Below the pieces are notes generated by a model that worked only from the letters and a program-made list of their open reading frames with translations, did no database searches and was not told where the DNA came from. Made by a program: the position numbers and the translations under genes. Shown here one piece after another: positions 51,129 through 51,595 of a stretch of DNA of 51,595 nt (positions are counted from its first letter, which is position 1; each line of letters opens with the position of its first letter). Origin of the DNA: Opitutia bacterium (GTDB lineage: Bacteria > Verrucomicrobiota > Verrucomicrobiia > Opitutales > JABJCN01); assembly GCA_038125285.1 (NCBI GenBank), contig JAYPDO010000008.1, forward strand, positions 1-51,595. Direction: 5' to 3'.

Positions 51129-51595
51129 TTACAGGCGGGGAAGGGATTTGTTAAGTTGGTTGAGTTGCTGCCATAGGGTAATGGCGATGCGGCGGTGCCC
51201 CCTGTCATTGGGGTGTGCACCGTCCAGGGTATGGCCGGTGGCGAGGGTGTCGTGGAGGTCTATGTAGCCCCAACCATTTTCCTTTGCGGCATTGGCATAG
51301 GCTTCGCCTAATTTGGCCAGCCAGGGGGGAGATTGGTCGTTGAAACCGGCTTTCCGAAGGCGTGCGTCCAATTCAGAGGGAACCATGGTGGGCGGGGATA
51401 GAAGAACGAGCCTGGCTTTGGGTGCTTTCCTTTGGAATTGCCGGAGGATTTTTACAATGTTCCTGGCTGTTGCAGTTACGGTATCATCCGAGTGGCCATG
51501 GACACGGAGGTCGTTCGCTCCAAGTTGGAGGAGGATCCAGTCTGAATTTTCCGGGATTTTAGAAAGGGTTTCTTTCATCTTTCGGAGGTACGTGG
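51129..51595 (-). CDS. SGNH/GDSL-family hydrolase (partial; N-terminus beyond right edge)
   Basis: LLQLGANDL (block III) and DGAHPNDRGHRRIA (block V, DxxH). The frame stays open upstream of the listed Met to the window edge (..TYLRKMKETL), and the catalytic GDS block is not inside the window. Confidence 0.8.
   Translation of the reverse strand, partial: TYLRKMKETLSKIPENSDWILLQLGANDLRVHGHSDDTVTATARNIVKILRQFQRKAPKARLVLLSPPTMVPSELDARLRKAGFNDQSPPWLAKLGEAYANAAKENGWGYIDLHDTLATGHTLDGAHPNDRGHRRIAITLWQQLNQLNKSLPRL

Noticed and set aside
1-51595. I searched for CRISPR arrays, tRNA/rRNA genes, transposases, integrases, prophage genes and known defence systems.
   Set aside because: I found no regularly spaced direct repeats, no cloverleaf-like or rRNA-like segments in the intergenic regions inspected, and no ORF with transposase, integrase, capsid or defence-system motifs. 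Only the start-less HTH-like fragment at 27738-27896 hints at a past mobile element.

Overview
This 51.6-kb chromosomal window is mid-to-high GC by eye. Its gene content points to a PVC-superphylum bacterium, most likely Verrucomicrobiota. The evidence is formylglycine-type sulfatases, DUF1080 '3-keto-disaccharide hydrolase' proteins, TAT-exported Gfo/Idh/MocA and xylose-isomerase-like TIM-barrel proteins, a giant lamin-tail/CotH protein, a PSCyt1 remnant and many YwqK/MORN-variant repeat proteins. I call about 37 intact CDS, 4 short gene remnants or pseudogenes and one hairpin terminator. I found no rRNA, tRNA, CRISPR array or transposase. Several ORF-track starts were trimmed to internal ATG/GTG codons that sit directly in front of signal peptides, TAT motifs or a lipobox. 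Five things stand out. (1) YwqK-type secreted proteins are each tightly linked to one half of an FtsX/MacB-style ABC system: a degenerate NBD at 10.5 kb and an FtsX-like permease at 29-30 kb. (2) A co-directional block at 0.2-12.7 kb holds an O-acetylesterase-sulfatase fusion and a 2,121-aa internally duplicated LTD/CotH protein. (3) A six-gene operon at 42.3-49.4 kb combines a TAT oxidoreductase, DUF1080, a leaderless sulfatase translationally coupled to an Nramp-like transporter that lacks the metal-site motif, a TAT TIM-barrel enzyme and a CxxCH toroid protein. I read this as a candidate oxidative (3-keto) glycoside-cleavage route for sulfated sugars. (4) Unusual fusions or insertions occur in an RbsC-like permease (+~160 aa), a TIGR03546/TIGR03545-like protein and an HMA-HMA-discoidin protein. 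(5) Gene remnants (CYTH, VOC, HTH-like, PSCyt1, YwqK) flank intact genes. All family assignments are motif recognition by eye; no searches were run.
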